From Halocafeteria seosinensis (lineage: Eukaryota): a DNA stretch of 64,000 bases. This document shows positions 37,315 to 48,339 of this stretch, one piece after another (positions within the stretch are counted from its first letter, which is position 1; every line of letters starts with the position of its first letter). Under the pieces are notes generated by a model that was given only the letters and a program-made list of their open reading frames with translations, searched no databases and was not told the DNA's origin. The stretch is taken from assembly GCA_001687465.1 (NCBI GenBank), contig LVLI01000085.1, positions 1 to 64,000 of the forward strand, written 5' to 3'. Both the position numbers and the translations under genes were made by a program.

Positions 37315-38180
37315 CTAGCTTAAGTATGACCTCAAGTAATTGGCAATTCCTTCCGTCGATGCCATTTGCAACGGAGTAATGCCGACCTGGAGGAAAGGAG
37401 GCAGTTGAGTCTTCAAAACAATCCCATAATATATACTTCGTGTGCAAACATACCTTGCTCTTAATGTCTACTTTGGCTTTGCAAGAATACACAAGTGTTT
37501 GTACAACGTCGGGGAGCCCTCGATGACAGGCATAATGAAGAGGTGTGAAGCCCCACTGTTACGGAGAGAACCAAGCAGTAGAAATGTGCGAACATCTTCC
37601 AGGTATTGGCAGCCATGATCGGCTAGATTTGTCGACTTACATCTGTTTGAACGTTCGGTGATGCTTTGTATTTGTTAACTAACATAAAGACCACTTCTGT
37701 TCGGCCTCCGAACGCTGCTGAATGGAGACATGTCCATCCTTCCTGCCGTACCCAGAATAACGGGACTTCAGAGAAGGTATCCAAGTTGAAACTCGTATAA
37801 GTGGGACTTACGTCATCAGCCGCGTGCACATCTGCCTTGTACGTATCAATTAGCAACTGCACAAGTGCTGTGTGGCCATTTGCCGCCGCATGATGCAACG
37901 GGGTTTGTCCTCGATGATCAGCAGCTCCCACGGGTTTGACGCCGTCGGGTCCCTTGACGTTATCAAAATATATCTCGTTCACATTGACGCCTCGCGTCTT
38001 ATATTTATCAAGTATTTCTGACACTTTGCGGGAGTCTCCACTGAAAACGCAGGCATCGTATAGGTCATATTCATCCCGTGTCGATAATCCGGTTCCCACG
38101 ATCGAGTTCATCCGGTGTTTTCTCGCTCGAATTCGCTCCTTCGTCCACACCGACGGGGGTTTTGACCCTTTCTGACCCAT
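37315..38180 (-). CDS. Small ankyrin-repeat protein with possible N-myristoylation motif (MGQKGSK)
   Basis: GQTPLHHAA, GWTCLHSAA, GFTPLHYAC, GITPLQMA repeats across four exons (introns 37743-37811, ~37556-37639, ~37387-37453). Confidence 0.85.
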
Positions 38181-38587
38181 ACCTCGCTGTCAATACTCTG
38201 ATATAAGGCTATTATAGCTAATATATCGTACTTTAATCAGGGCTGTCGCCCCTGTACAAGCCCAATATCTACTCACACGACACTTTACACACCCCTCCAA
38301 CTTGCGGAAATCTATCAACTACACATGGCAACAACTGCTCCACATCGAACAAGCATGTTTGTCTCATCGTAATATAGTGTTATACCTAGGACACATGATG
38401 AAGGTGGTCCCCCCAAGTTGAAGTTGAAGTTGCCACGAGTGGACCCTGAAATGCTAGGATAGCCCCATTGTTTGGAGGGTTTGGTGGTATTCAATGCTCG
38501 AATAGTTCGTATGAGAGGGTAGTATTAGTCGTTGTTGTGTTTGCTGTTCGTTGTCTGGTGGGCGTGGGGGCTCCTGTACAGAGAAAA

Positions 38588-40179
38588 ATGACCCGATACG
38601 GGAGATTGTGTCATGGAATTCATTCATTTACAAGGCTTAGAGTGCCTTTGCATCGATATAATGGGGCCTTCACGACTGCTACTTCTACTTCAAGACCGCG
38701 CACTCGTGTCCAAGACTTCGTCGTTCTGGGAGGTGGAATCATTGGAATCAACATTGCATCACAACTGAGGCAACGCTTCCCCGGTGCATCGGTCACTTTG
38801 CTCGAGAAGGAGCATACTGTCGGACAACATGCAAGTGGTCGTAATTCTGGTGTTCTCCATGCCGGATTTTACTACAGCAGCGATTCCCTGAAAGCCAAGT
38901 TGACCCGGCGTGGGAATGTCTTCTTGCACGAGTACTGTCAGGAGAAGCAGTTGCCTATCAATACTTGCGGTAAACTCGTGGTGGCAAAGAATGACAAGGA
39001 ACTCGAAGGTTTAGAAACGTTATATCAAAGAGGAATCACCAACGGTGTGCCCTTGGAGAAGATCTCGGAAAAGGAAGCGCAAGAATTGGAACCCATGGTT
39101 AGAACACACCAGCAAGCCATATGGTCACCGACGACGGCTTCAGCTGATCCAGCACAAGTGACGACGAGCATGGCACAAGATGCTGAAACAGCTGGGGTGG
39201 ACATTCTAACAGGCAAACAGTACTTACAAAGTCGAGGATTTCAACAGAGCTCATCGTCAACAGTAGCACTGGATGTCCTGGATAATACAACAAAAGAACT
39301 AGAGACATTAGAAACGAAACATTTAGTAAATTGTGCAGGGCTATACGCCGATAAAATTGCTCATCCCTTTGGTTTCGGCTTGGATTATCAGATAGTACCT
39401 TTCAAGGGGCTATACTTGTATTGCAAAGATGTAAATCTCCAGCGCCTCGTCTATCCGGTACCACAAATCTCTCAACCATTCCTGGGAGTGCATTTCACAG
39501 TAACTGTCGATGGCAAAGTCAAGATTGGGCCAACAGCCATCCCCGCATTTTGGAGAGAACAATATGGGCCGGGTACAGATGTTCCCTTGCTAGACCGCTT
39601 TTCTTGGTCCGAAATAACAGAAATTCTTGTAACGTGAGTAGTCTTAAATTAAGAGGTCGGTGGTACCTGGATTTTATGACTTGTTTCTGTGCCCTATCCA
39701 GAGAAGCATCCTTGTTCTACGAGTCGAATTTTAACTTTAGATCCTTAGCGTTAGAAGAGATGAAGAAATATAGCAAGCGGTTTATGGCGCAGGGTGCGTC
39801 GGAACTTGTTCGAGGAATAACGCTTAATAACTTTACTGACTACGGAAAGGTAGGCTCTTTTCCAGGCGTATACATGTATGCTCCGTCTCTACACTTTGCT
39901 GACCAACGCACTCTCGCAGGCTGGCATCCGAGCTCAGTTAGTAAACATGAAACAGCGTAAACTGGAAATGGACTTTGTCATCGAGGTAAGACAAACTTTC
40001 TTCTGCAAGACAACAATTCTCTGTTTTCGCTGTTTTTCATTGAGAAAATAACGTTTATGCAGGGCGATTCCAAGAGTACTCACGTACTGAACGCCGTCAG
40101 TCCCGCTTGGACTTGTGCTCGCCCCTTTGCTGAAATAGTGGCGGATCAGATCCAGTCCCGTTTGTCCCGTTCATCTTGA
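38588..40179 (+). CDS. lhgO: L-2-hydroxyglutarate oxidase/dehydrogenase (FAD-dependent, LhgO family) with mitochondrial-type presequence
   Basis: VVLGGGIIG, HASGRNSGVLHAGFYY, FLGVHFT, KIGPTA, GIRAQLV, HVLNAVSPAWTC; three introns (~39634-39700, 39850-39919, 39987-40062). Confidence 0.88.
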
Positions 40180-40501
40180 GTTCCTTTCAGCTATGGGGCA
40201 TTTTGTAGGATTTCTTGCCTTGCGACCTGTTTCTTAGGGTACTCTCGTGACTTCCATGTCGTTCTTGTATTGTATCCTCTCTGTCCCGAATTATTAAGGT
40301 TACTTCTGCACCTGGTTGGGGAGGGCAATTCTTACAGGTTCTTACGCCAGCGTGCGCGCGCAATAGACACAACGAAGCTTGCGCACGCACCAGAAACCAA
40401 TTCTCACAGAACGCTCGTCTATACACAGAAACCTGGAGCTAAAATGGGAAAGAGAACCTACTAGCTGACTATGTACATTAGACCCGGACCTAGTTCACGA
40501 G

Positions 40502-40932
40502 CTAAGAAGAGTCTGCAACATATAATTCTCGTCGTCTTTTATCTATCCAATGGCAAATATCCGCTTTCAAAGTCTTGTTTCGAATTAGCAGAGCTCTGGC
40601 GAGAGGCTGTAACGTTTGGGGGAGCAGACACGATGAGCGAACCACTGCTTAATTGCAGAGCGTTCATACGTGCATCCATCCAAAGCAACGACTGGATCTT
40701 CCATAATACTCCAAGTAATAGGGAAGTAATATGAGCGCGGAAAGCCGTCATCAATTGGGCAGTTTCTATTTCTTGCATCTCTTGTATCTGGAACGCCAGT
40801 AAACCCTCCGCCCAAGGTCCTCCAGGGTCTTCCTGCAGGACTGTTGGGCGTATTAGGTGAATAAGCGGCAAATGGGGACGATGCATACAAGTGTGCATAG
40901 TATCGCCGCGTCTCACAATTCAACGTGAGCAA
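40502..40932 (-). pseudogene. U-box domain coding segment split by a 1-nt frameshift
   Basis: FPITWSIMEDPVVALDGCTYERSAIKQW...SPK continues as LQPLARALLIRNKTLKADICHW only after a frame change at ~40613-40617. Confidence 0.7.
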
Positions 40933-41281
40933 GCCTCAATATCACTTATCATGTTTCGTTTCGCCAACTTGCCAAGCCTAACGGCGAGGAATTATTTTGA
41001 ATTGGGTTACCCTCTACCACGAGCCATTGCAATGTACTGTTCGCGCGCGCTGCATCAGCCAAACGTTGATTGCTACCTTCAACAATAGTTTGGACTCTTG
41101 CAAGTTGCAGTCTTCGCTAGCTCACCTCCAGTTCGTTCCAGACGGGAAGTTCCAGTTACTATAGCTTGGGCAGATGTGAAGGCGTTAATTGACCCCAACG
41201 GGCCACTGACCAACAATGAAGTCCAGTTGGACAAATGTCGGAGTGCGGGCGTAAATTTTTGCAAAGAATCCTTTCTGGAGA

Positions 41282-41366
41282 CGATAGACACACAGACACA
41301 TACCATAGGTAGTCCACCGGCCGGGGAATTGACCGCATCCTCTTAACGAGAAGCGGTATGCCCGCG
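41282..41366 (-). repeat. Short (TG)n-tailed dispersed repeat, copy A
   Basis: Reverse complement reads ctcgttaagaggatgcggtcaattccccggccggtggactac...gtgtctgtgtgtctatcg, matching 43565-43652. Confidence 0.8.
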
Positions 41367-41596
41367 TGTTAAGCAGCGACGGGCCCGCAGTTCCTGCAGC
41401 GGGACCGCAACATTGGCAACACTGGTTTTGCTCAAGAGGCATCGGGGGTGGCGCTGTGTTTGCGACAACGATGTCAGGATTCCGCTGACAGATGTTGAAG
41501 GCAGAACGCTTTATAGCGTATCATGATGTTTAGGAGGAGATTAGTTATCAGCAATGATCTAGCATGTCACGTTGCGCTCTTTATTCAACCCACTGC

Positions 41597-43513
41597 TCAA
41601 CGAAATATGCAAATGCCAGGGCGCAGAGCAGAGTCAGCGAAAGTTAGTTGCTCGCAACCACGAATAGATAACTTCTCCAAATTCGACAAATACCGAAAGC
41701 CAGAACCTGTCATTGTGGACTGATTACATCTATGCATTGAGAGTGACTCCAAATTTGGCAAATGACGAAACACAGAATCGGTGATCTCGGACTGGTTGCA
41801 AGAGTCCATAAATAGCGACTTCAAATTCGACAAATGCCGAAAGCCAGAATCTGTCATTGTTGCTTGATTGCAACTATTCATTGAGAGTGACTCCAAATTT
41901 GGCAAATGACGAAACACAGAATCAGTGATCTCGGACTGGTTGCAAAAGTCCATAGATAGCGACTTCAAATTCGACAAATGCCGAAAGCCAGAATCTGTCA
42001 TTGTTGCTTGATCGCAACTACCCATTGAGAGTGACTCCAAATTTGACAAATAACGAAACACAGAATCGGTGATCTCTAACTGGTTGCAAAAGTCCATAAA
42101 TAGCAACTTCAAATTCGACAAATGCCGAAAGCCAGAATCTGTCATTGTTGCTTGATTGCAATTATCCATTGAGAGTGACTCCAAATTTGACAAACGACGA
42201 AACACAGAATCAGTGATCTCTGACTGATTGCAAGAGTCCATAGATAGCGACTTCAAATTCGACAAATGCCGAAAGCCAGAATCTGTCATTGTTGCTTGAT
42301 TGCAACTATTCATTGAGAGTGACTCCAAATTTGGCAAATGACGAAACACAGAATCAGTGATCTCGGACTGGTTGCAAGAGTCCATAGATAGCGACTTCAA
42401 ATTCGACAAATGCCGAAAGCCAGAATCTGTCATTGTTGCTTGATTGCAACTATCCATTGAGAGTGACTCCAAATTTGACAAACGACGAAACACAGAATCA
42501 GTGATCTCTGACTGATTGCAAGAGTCGATGGTAAGAGACTTCAAATTCGACAAGTGCCAAAAGCCAGAATATGTCATTGTTGACTGATTACAGTTAGCCA
42601 TGTGCAGTGAAGTCAGATTCGACAAATAACGAAAAGCAGAATCGGTGATCTCTGACTGGTTGCAAGAGTCCATGTCAAGCGACTTCAAATTCGACAAATG
42701 CCGAAAAGCAGAATCGGTGATAAGACGTTGATTGGTGGAACTGAACCGCAATGATGTCAATTTTGCTAAGTGTTCGAACGCCGAATCCGTGATCTCGAAC
42801 GCATTGCAGCGAATCACCGATAGCGACACCAAGTTGGACAGATGTTGAAACGCCACATCCGTGATCCTTGAATGATTACAATATACCATCGCAAATGACG
42901 TTAATTTGGACAGGTGCGCAAAGGCAAAATCTGGTATCTTGAGCTGTTGGCAAAACATCATTTCCAGTGACCTTAACTTCGGTAGATGTTGAAAGGCCGC
43001 ATACGTGACCGATTGACTGCAACCATTCATCTTTAGCATCGTTAAGTTAGACAAATGTTGAAAGGCAGAATCCGTAAGCACTCCAGTAAGACGGTTCATA
43101 TCCAATTTTGCTGACTTAACCGCAGGGGAAAGACTAGCTAGCAACGTATCCCAGGGTTCTACACCAACTGTATTACTTTTGTCTACTAGATCTAGCTTGA
43201 CGTGCCCAGAAAAGTTTGGAAACAGACAGCGATTGGCTGTTTGACAAGTTTTCCTAGAAAGATTCAAATAACACTTAGGCCATGATAGTGAATGTGTCCA
43301 TCTCTCCTCATCTTTGTTAGTCTTCCTTCTTTTAGCGTCATGGACATAAAAATATGGGTGACGTTGCTTCCGTGTTGTGGAATGTTTATCGCCACTGACA
43401 CTAATATTTCCTGTAGCTACTATGTACCAATAGTCGTCCACAGTCTTCAGAAGATCCCCGCGAAGGCGGTACTGTAGCCACGTCTGCAAATAGACACGTA
43501 GCAACGATGCCAT
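41597..43513 (-). CDS. Intronless Cys-containing LRR protein with about 20 repeats of 24 aa
   Basis: Alternating LSNLKSLSMDSCNQSEITDSVFRH / LPNLESLSMNSCNQATMTDSGFRH units; 144-bp DNA period (aagccagaa at 41697, 41841, 41985, 42129, 42273, 42417, 42561). Confidence 0.92.
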   Translation of the reverse strand: MASLLRVYLQTWLQYRLRGDLLKTVDDYWYIVATGNISVSGDKHSTTRKQRHPYFYVHDAKRRKTNKDEERWTHSLSWPKCYLNLSRKTCQTANRCLFPNFSGHVKLDLVDKSNTVGVEPWDTLLASLSPAVKSAKLDMNRLTGVLTDSAFQHLSNLTMLKMNGCSQSVTYAAFQHLPKLRSLEMMFCQQLKIPDFAFAHLSKLTSFAMVYCNHSRITDVAFQHLSNLVSLSVIRCNAFEITDSAFEHLAKLTSLRFSSTNQRLITDSAFRHLSNLKSLDMDSCNQSEITDSAFRYLSNLTSLHMANCNQSTMTYSGFWHLSNLKSLTIDSCNQSEITDSVFRRLSNLESLSMDSCNQATMTDSGFRHLSNLKSLSMDSCNQSEITDSVFRHLPNLESLSMNSCNQATMTDSGFRHLSNLKSLSMDSCNQSEITDSVFRRLSNLESLSMDNCNQATMTDSGFRHLSNLKLLFMDFCNQLEITDSVFRYLSNLESLSMGSCDQATMTDSGFRHLSNLKSLSMDFCNQSEITDSVFRHLPNLESLSMNSCNQATMTDSGFRHLSNLKSLFMDSCNQSEITDSVFRHLPNLESLSMHRCNQSTMTGSGFRYLSNLEKLSIRGCEQLTFADSALRPGICIFR

Positions 43514-43564
43514 GTCTACGTTGTGATTTTTTCGCGCACGTTCTCTGTTCCCTATGCATTCATC

Positions 43565-43778
43565 GCGTGTGTATCGCTCCTCGTTAAGAGGATGTGGTCA
43601 ACTTCCCGGCCGGTGGGCTATCTGTCACATTTGTGTGTGTGTGTGTGTATCGGTATTGCTCCTACCGGAAGACGTGTCATCGCTACCTGAGTCGAAGGCG
43701 ATTGAATATGGTTTTGGTCCATGAGTACATGGGTACAATACACGTCCCGGTGGGCTATCTGTCACATATGTGTGTGTG
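43565..43778 (+). repeat. Short (TG)n-tailed dispersed repeat, copies B (43577-43642) and C (43743-43778)
   Basis: Shared ccggtgggctatctgtcacat(TG)n; copy C is flanked by ACAATACA (43735-43742, 43779-43786) and copy B by GTGTGTATCG (43567-43576, 43643-43652). Confidence 0.8.
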
Positions 43779-44022
43779 ACAATACATGGTTCAAGAAGTG
43801 GAGAAAGTTACTTTCCAAAACTTCTGTTCAAAAGTTCACTTTGTATTCTTCTATCAACACTCTACATATACTGTACAGATTAGCGGCGTTTTGCCCATGA
43901 GACTAACGTCAGGATGATACAAAACACACACCACGTGGCTGGGCTATACGGCCCTCATGCTCAGAATACTCGTAGTCGTATTGTAAGGGGTTACGCCGAC
44001 CACAACTTGAGAATGTTCAGGC

Positions 44023-44557
44023 TTGACATATGTTCTCCTCGACCTATGACATCTGAGTATTGAAGCACTACAGCTGGGCTACGGGCCTACAGTGTCACCA
44101 GTTGTACATGGCACATGCCCAGCAGACAATGATTAATGCTGCGTGGGTGGGATGGATGGAAATAGCTCTTGGGAAGTCGGATGGCGAGTGGAAGCTGTGG
44201 CCCTTTATGTGCTGTTTCGAGTTCAAGACTTTCATATCGGGGTAACATTTCTACGGGTGACCGGTCTGCCCGTTTTCCCAGATGAAATGCCTCGGTGTGT
44301 ACAGATGTAGTCATGAATATATGTAGCGGAGTCCTCCGTTGCCAGGGTCAATTTACTTTCGAAACGAAGTTCCTTTGGTCACTTATGCAGTTTCATATTC
44401 ACCTCTCAGCCCGTAGCTATCGTTGTAGTAGTATGTATTATTTATGGCCTACCGGCTAAGTGGAAATGTAGTTGGGGGATCTTCGAGGATCTCCGCAGGG
44501 CCCTCCTGTATTGCCTACCAGCTATCGTGGGACTCGCTTGCAATTACTGTTCTCTTT
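44023..44557 (+). repeat. Direct segmental duplication, copy 1 (partner 46245-46665), carrying a 96-bp insertion
   Basis: Colinear near-identity by eye, e.g. gacctatgacatctgagtattgaagc and gatgaaatgcctcggtgtgtacagatgtagtcatgaata in both copies. Confidence 0.93.
44424..44519 (-). mobile_element. 96-bp insertion with 9-bp target-site duplication (5'-truncated retroposon-like)
   Basis: AGCTATCGT at 44415-44423 and 44520-44528; single AGCTATCGT (empty site) at 46628-46636 in the paralogous segment; minus-strand end TACATACTACTACA. Confidence 0.88.
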
Positions 44558-45329
44558 GCCCTCAGCGATTCTTCCGCACCTCCATAAACCCAACTCCACC
44601 GTCACAGCCGCCATGGGGTGTATGACCCTGAGAGGACATGCAAAATTCTTAAGGAAAACAACGCCTGATGGATTCCACCGTTGGAACCAGCCTGAGAACG
44701 GACCAACATTTCATGTCGAATTTGGGAGCTGGTCATACGTTCGGTAACTTCCTCTCGGATCAGCTACGTAGTTGCTTTGAATGTGCATCCTATTTCCCCT
44801 CCATAAGTTCATTTTCCTGTACAACACATTAGTACACAAGTTTAGCGCATGTGCCTCATCATTCTATTAAAAGAAGGCGTGTGCTATTTTTTGGTACTTA
44901 GTAACATTCATCATAGCGCTGTGTATCGACTCAGACACTCAGTAGCCTACGACCGATGAGGCGCTCACACACACGAGCAAAAGACGATAATGGAAATGCT
45001 GATGATGCACCAACTGGGGAGGAAGATAGTGATATCATTAGTGTAGATGAGATGCCACAGGATCCCATGAGGAAGCACACAGGGACTCCACACCGTGTAC
45101 AGTACTGCGAGCAGGGCTAATTACGGGTATGCCTCTCGTTCATTCACTTCCAATTTGCACCGGTGCAGCGAGAGTGGACCATCAGAGGAGACACAAGGAG
45201 AAGTATTCGACAGTGCAACAGATGTATCTACTTTGTCCACCCAGTGCTTCTACCGAGGCCTCAGCCTCCACGACGTCAAGTCGAGGAACGTGCATATCCG
45301 CGACCAACAACTTCGTACAAAATCAATGG

Positions 45330-45700
45330 GCAAGGATATTACGGTCTTTTTATTGGGTAGAGCGAAGCTTCAGAGGCATCATAACAGTCAACATATGGGA
45401 AAACGACAGGCGCCCCCGACGACATTGTTTTCCTTCATGCATAATGAATAGGAAGCCACTCGGAGAGCCACCGAACTCGCAGCAAAATCGCTAGCCTCCT
45501 TAGGGCTATCAATACGAGCTATCGAGTTCGCCCTTAGCAAAGAGATGAGTTTTTTTCTCATTTCGAAATCCGAGTCAGCATCCAGAAGCAAAGTAAGAAG
45601 ACTATTGACAAACAATAAAATTATGGATTCAGAAATAGCTTCCTACCTCAAGGGCCCTATATCTGTTTTTATGTCGACGACTCTTAAGGTTGATACAACC
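45330..45700 (+). mobile_element. Possible decayed hAT-like transposase fragment
   Basis: KLQRHHNSQH (Zn-finger-like), then ...SRSKVRRLL...EIASYLKGPISVF with VDDS in the adjacent frame, resembling the region before the first catalytic Asp; interrupted by a stop and a frameshift. Confidence 0.3.
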
Positions 45701-45814
45701 GGACCACCGGTATCCATACTACAAGTATCATTGACGTCTATGATTTCTCCAGCAACTCTTGCGTTTCAACGTCACTCGGAAACAGTTCCGGCTTTAGAGA
45801 ATACCTATTTTTGC

Positions 45815-45816
<2 letters not shown>

Positions 45817-45855
<39 letters not shown>
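45817..45855 (+). repeat. (TG)n microsatellite, about 19 units
   Basis: Direct reading. Confidence 0.97.
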
Positions 45856-45861
<6 letters not shown>

Positions 45862-46244
45862 TGTGTAAGTGGGCAATTAAGCAAGAGACCACTCGTTGTC
45901 TTGTTCCGTTCGTTTTGTTGGTCACAATTTACCTGCTGGCCATGATGAGTTGATCAGGAGACCAATCATCACCAGTCATGTAATACACGACTCGTTGTAA
46001 GGATGGACAGTAAGGTATCGGTTTACTTGGTGGTGGCATTGCCAAGAAACGAAGTCGCAGCAACTGGCTTGTTCAGTTCCAAGAGTTGCGGCACATTCCG
46101 GAAAAATGATTTATTGACATCCAGTCCAAGAACTAACCGAGCGGTGGTCAACGAAGGAAGTCGTTAAGCCATAAAGCAGTTAGCTCGTTTCCCTTCGTTT
46201 GACCAAACGCTGATATCAAGCTGTTGCAAGCCATCCGGGCACAA

Positions 46245-46665
46245 TTGACGTACGTCCTCCCCGACCTATGACATCTGAGTATTGAAGCGCTACAGCTGGG
46301 CTACTGGCCTACAGTGTTACCAGCTGTATGACACATGCCCAGCAGACAATGATTAATGCTGCGTGGGTGGGTAGATGGAAATGGCTCTTGGGAAGTCGGA
46401 TGGCGAGTGGAAGCTGTAACCCTTTATGTGCTGTTTCGAGTTCAAGACTTTCATATCGGGGTAACATTTCTACGGGGTCTCTCCTTCCCGTTTTCCCAGA
46501 TGAAATGCCTCGGTGTGTACAGATGTAGTCATGAATAGCGAAGTCCTCCGTTGCCAGGCTCAGTTTACTTTCAAAACGAACTTTTCCTTGGTTACTTATG
46601 CATTTTCGTATTCACCTCTCAGCCCGTAGCTATCGTGGGACTCGCCCGCAATTACTGTTCTCTTT
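46245..46665 (+). repeat. Direct segmental duplication, copy 2 (empty-site copy)
   Basis: Aligns with 44023-44557 once the 96-bp insert and one TSD are removed. Confidence 0.93.
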
Positions 46666-46989
46666 ACCTTCCTGAATGGCTTCTTGAACTGTCATTCCGT
46701 CCTTATCTGAAGCCGCAGCGCATGCAGCGGAAGCTGCACATGTTTCCAATGTCTGTATACTATAACATGTAAAGATAAACGATGATGCAACTGGGTACTA
46801 AACGTGGCTATCACTTACGTCTAGACAAATACATTTTGCTTGGAGGTTAAGGCCTCCTCGAGAAACGCATCGGACGTAGGCGCCTTTACATAAATCCAGT
46901 TCATCTCTATCACATGCATGGGCTATGATAGCCCATGTGACGAATAAGAGAGCCTTAAATAAGTGTGCAATATTCATCGTGGACGCCAT
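46309..46989 (-). CDS. Small secreted Cys-rich protein, possibly GPI/TM-anchored; 3' exon model uncertain
   Basis: Signal peptide ...LLFVTWAIIAHA|CDRDELDLCKGAYVRC...CICLD; intron 46753-46818; exon 2 TLETCAASAACAA...; possible last exon ending AALIIVCWACVIQLVTL*. Confidence 0.5.
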
Positions 46990-47144
46990 TCAAAAGGGAG
47001 CAACAGGGCTACAAAACAACAAACATCTCCTTTGCAACCTCAATGACTGCTGGACGTACACTACTTGGGTAAATACATAGTCATTAGTATCCATTCAGAT
47101 TTGACTATATTCAGTAGCTGCATGAGGAAAGGAAAAGACGAGAA

Positions 47145-48110
47145 ATGGCCCGAGCTTCCTCTACAGGAAGTGGGAGGAGTTCCACAGCCCAACAACGGAA
47201 GAAGAAGCGCCCCAATAGTGGTCCTACAAAGCATGGGCAAGCTCAGGGAGAGTCCTCTGCCACAAGCGCCAGTGGTGTGCTCACGGAAGAGGAGCAACAA
47301 GCCGTCATTGAGTCTCTTTGGAGCGATGCAGAGACGTATTTCCTCTGGTGGAAAGTAGGTTTGCATTCACTCACTGCATTCATGCTCCCTTTACAAGTGC
47401 ACAAGGGGCCCATTTTTTGTGTGTGACGGTTCATCTCGACGTGCTGATACTGGTATTTTGTGTGTGTGTGTGTGTGCATGCAGCGTGTTTTACAAGGATT
47501 ATCCCTGGTTTTCTGCCTAGGAACCCTCTATTTCGCTTCCTTACAGCTTTGGGAACCTTTTTCAGTATGTCATTTAGGTGGATACATGCCGTCTTCTACT
47601 CGTTTTCATTCCCAGGTTGTGGTGCAGATGGAGCATCAGTCGTTTTTTAAAGAGTCCATTACAGAGGCGCAGCTTTATTTGACGTACGCTATGCATTTAA
47701 CTTCCTTTATACTCACGTTCGGCTTTGTCACGCGATTACCCACGCTGCGATTGATGAAAGAAGACTACGCCGTCTCCATACGGAGGCTCAAAGAGAAAAC
47801 ACCCCACCCCCGATGGTCCTCCAGAATTCGATCCTACCTCCACATTGTCGATAAGAGGTACCTCTTCCGGACGGCTTTAGCGTTGGGCACAGCGCCCATC
47901 TTCTTTTGGGGATACGTGTTCGGACTCTCATGGATGGGGACAAAGGCTAACAACGTGGATATGGATTCCGTACCACCGCTCCTGTTTTGGCTTCCTTGCG
48001 CAAGTATATTTGTCACAGGTGCAGCTTTTCTATGCGTTCATATGTACATGAACTTGGCAGATGAGATCAAAGGAATGGATCAGCTGAAATATGAACTGAA
48101 AGGGGCTTGA
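47145..48110 (+). CDS. Uncharacterised multi-pass membrane protein
   Basis: VLTEEEQQAVIESL motif, about four hydrophobic helices, C-terminal LKYELKGA; introns ~47355-47483 and ~47567-47627. Confidence 0.65.
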
Positions 48111-48339
48111 AAGATTGTTAATGAGTCTACCAGTTGCTGCGCTCTACTAAGAGGGAAAAAAAGGGAGCAAAAGATACAAGTCTCGTTAGGGCCGCTTCTC
48201 AACCGTGCACAATTGCTGTTGACAAAATAGTTGTAGTTGAAGCACTCTCATGCCATCCGCTCCAAGCAAGCCAAGAAACAACTCAGGATGTCATGATTCC
48301 AGTTAGAAGTTATAGTCCCGTAGTCAAAGGAGAGGCCGC

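Noticed and set aside
41680..42720. CRISPR-like array
   Set aside because: Contiguous in-frame coding repeats without unique spacers; eukaryotic context with no cas genes.
44023..46665. LTR retrotransposon bounded by two ~420-bp direct repeats
   Set aside because: No TG...CA termini, PBS/PPT, outer TSD or gag/pol remnants seen; the repeat overlaps a probable gene 3' end.
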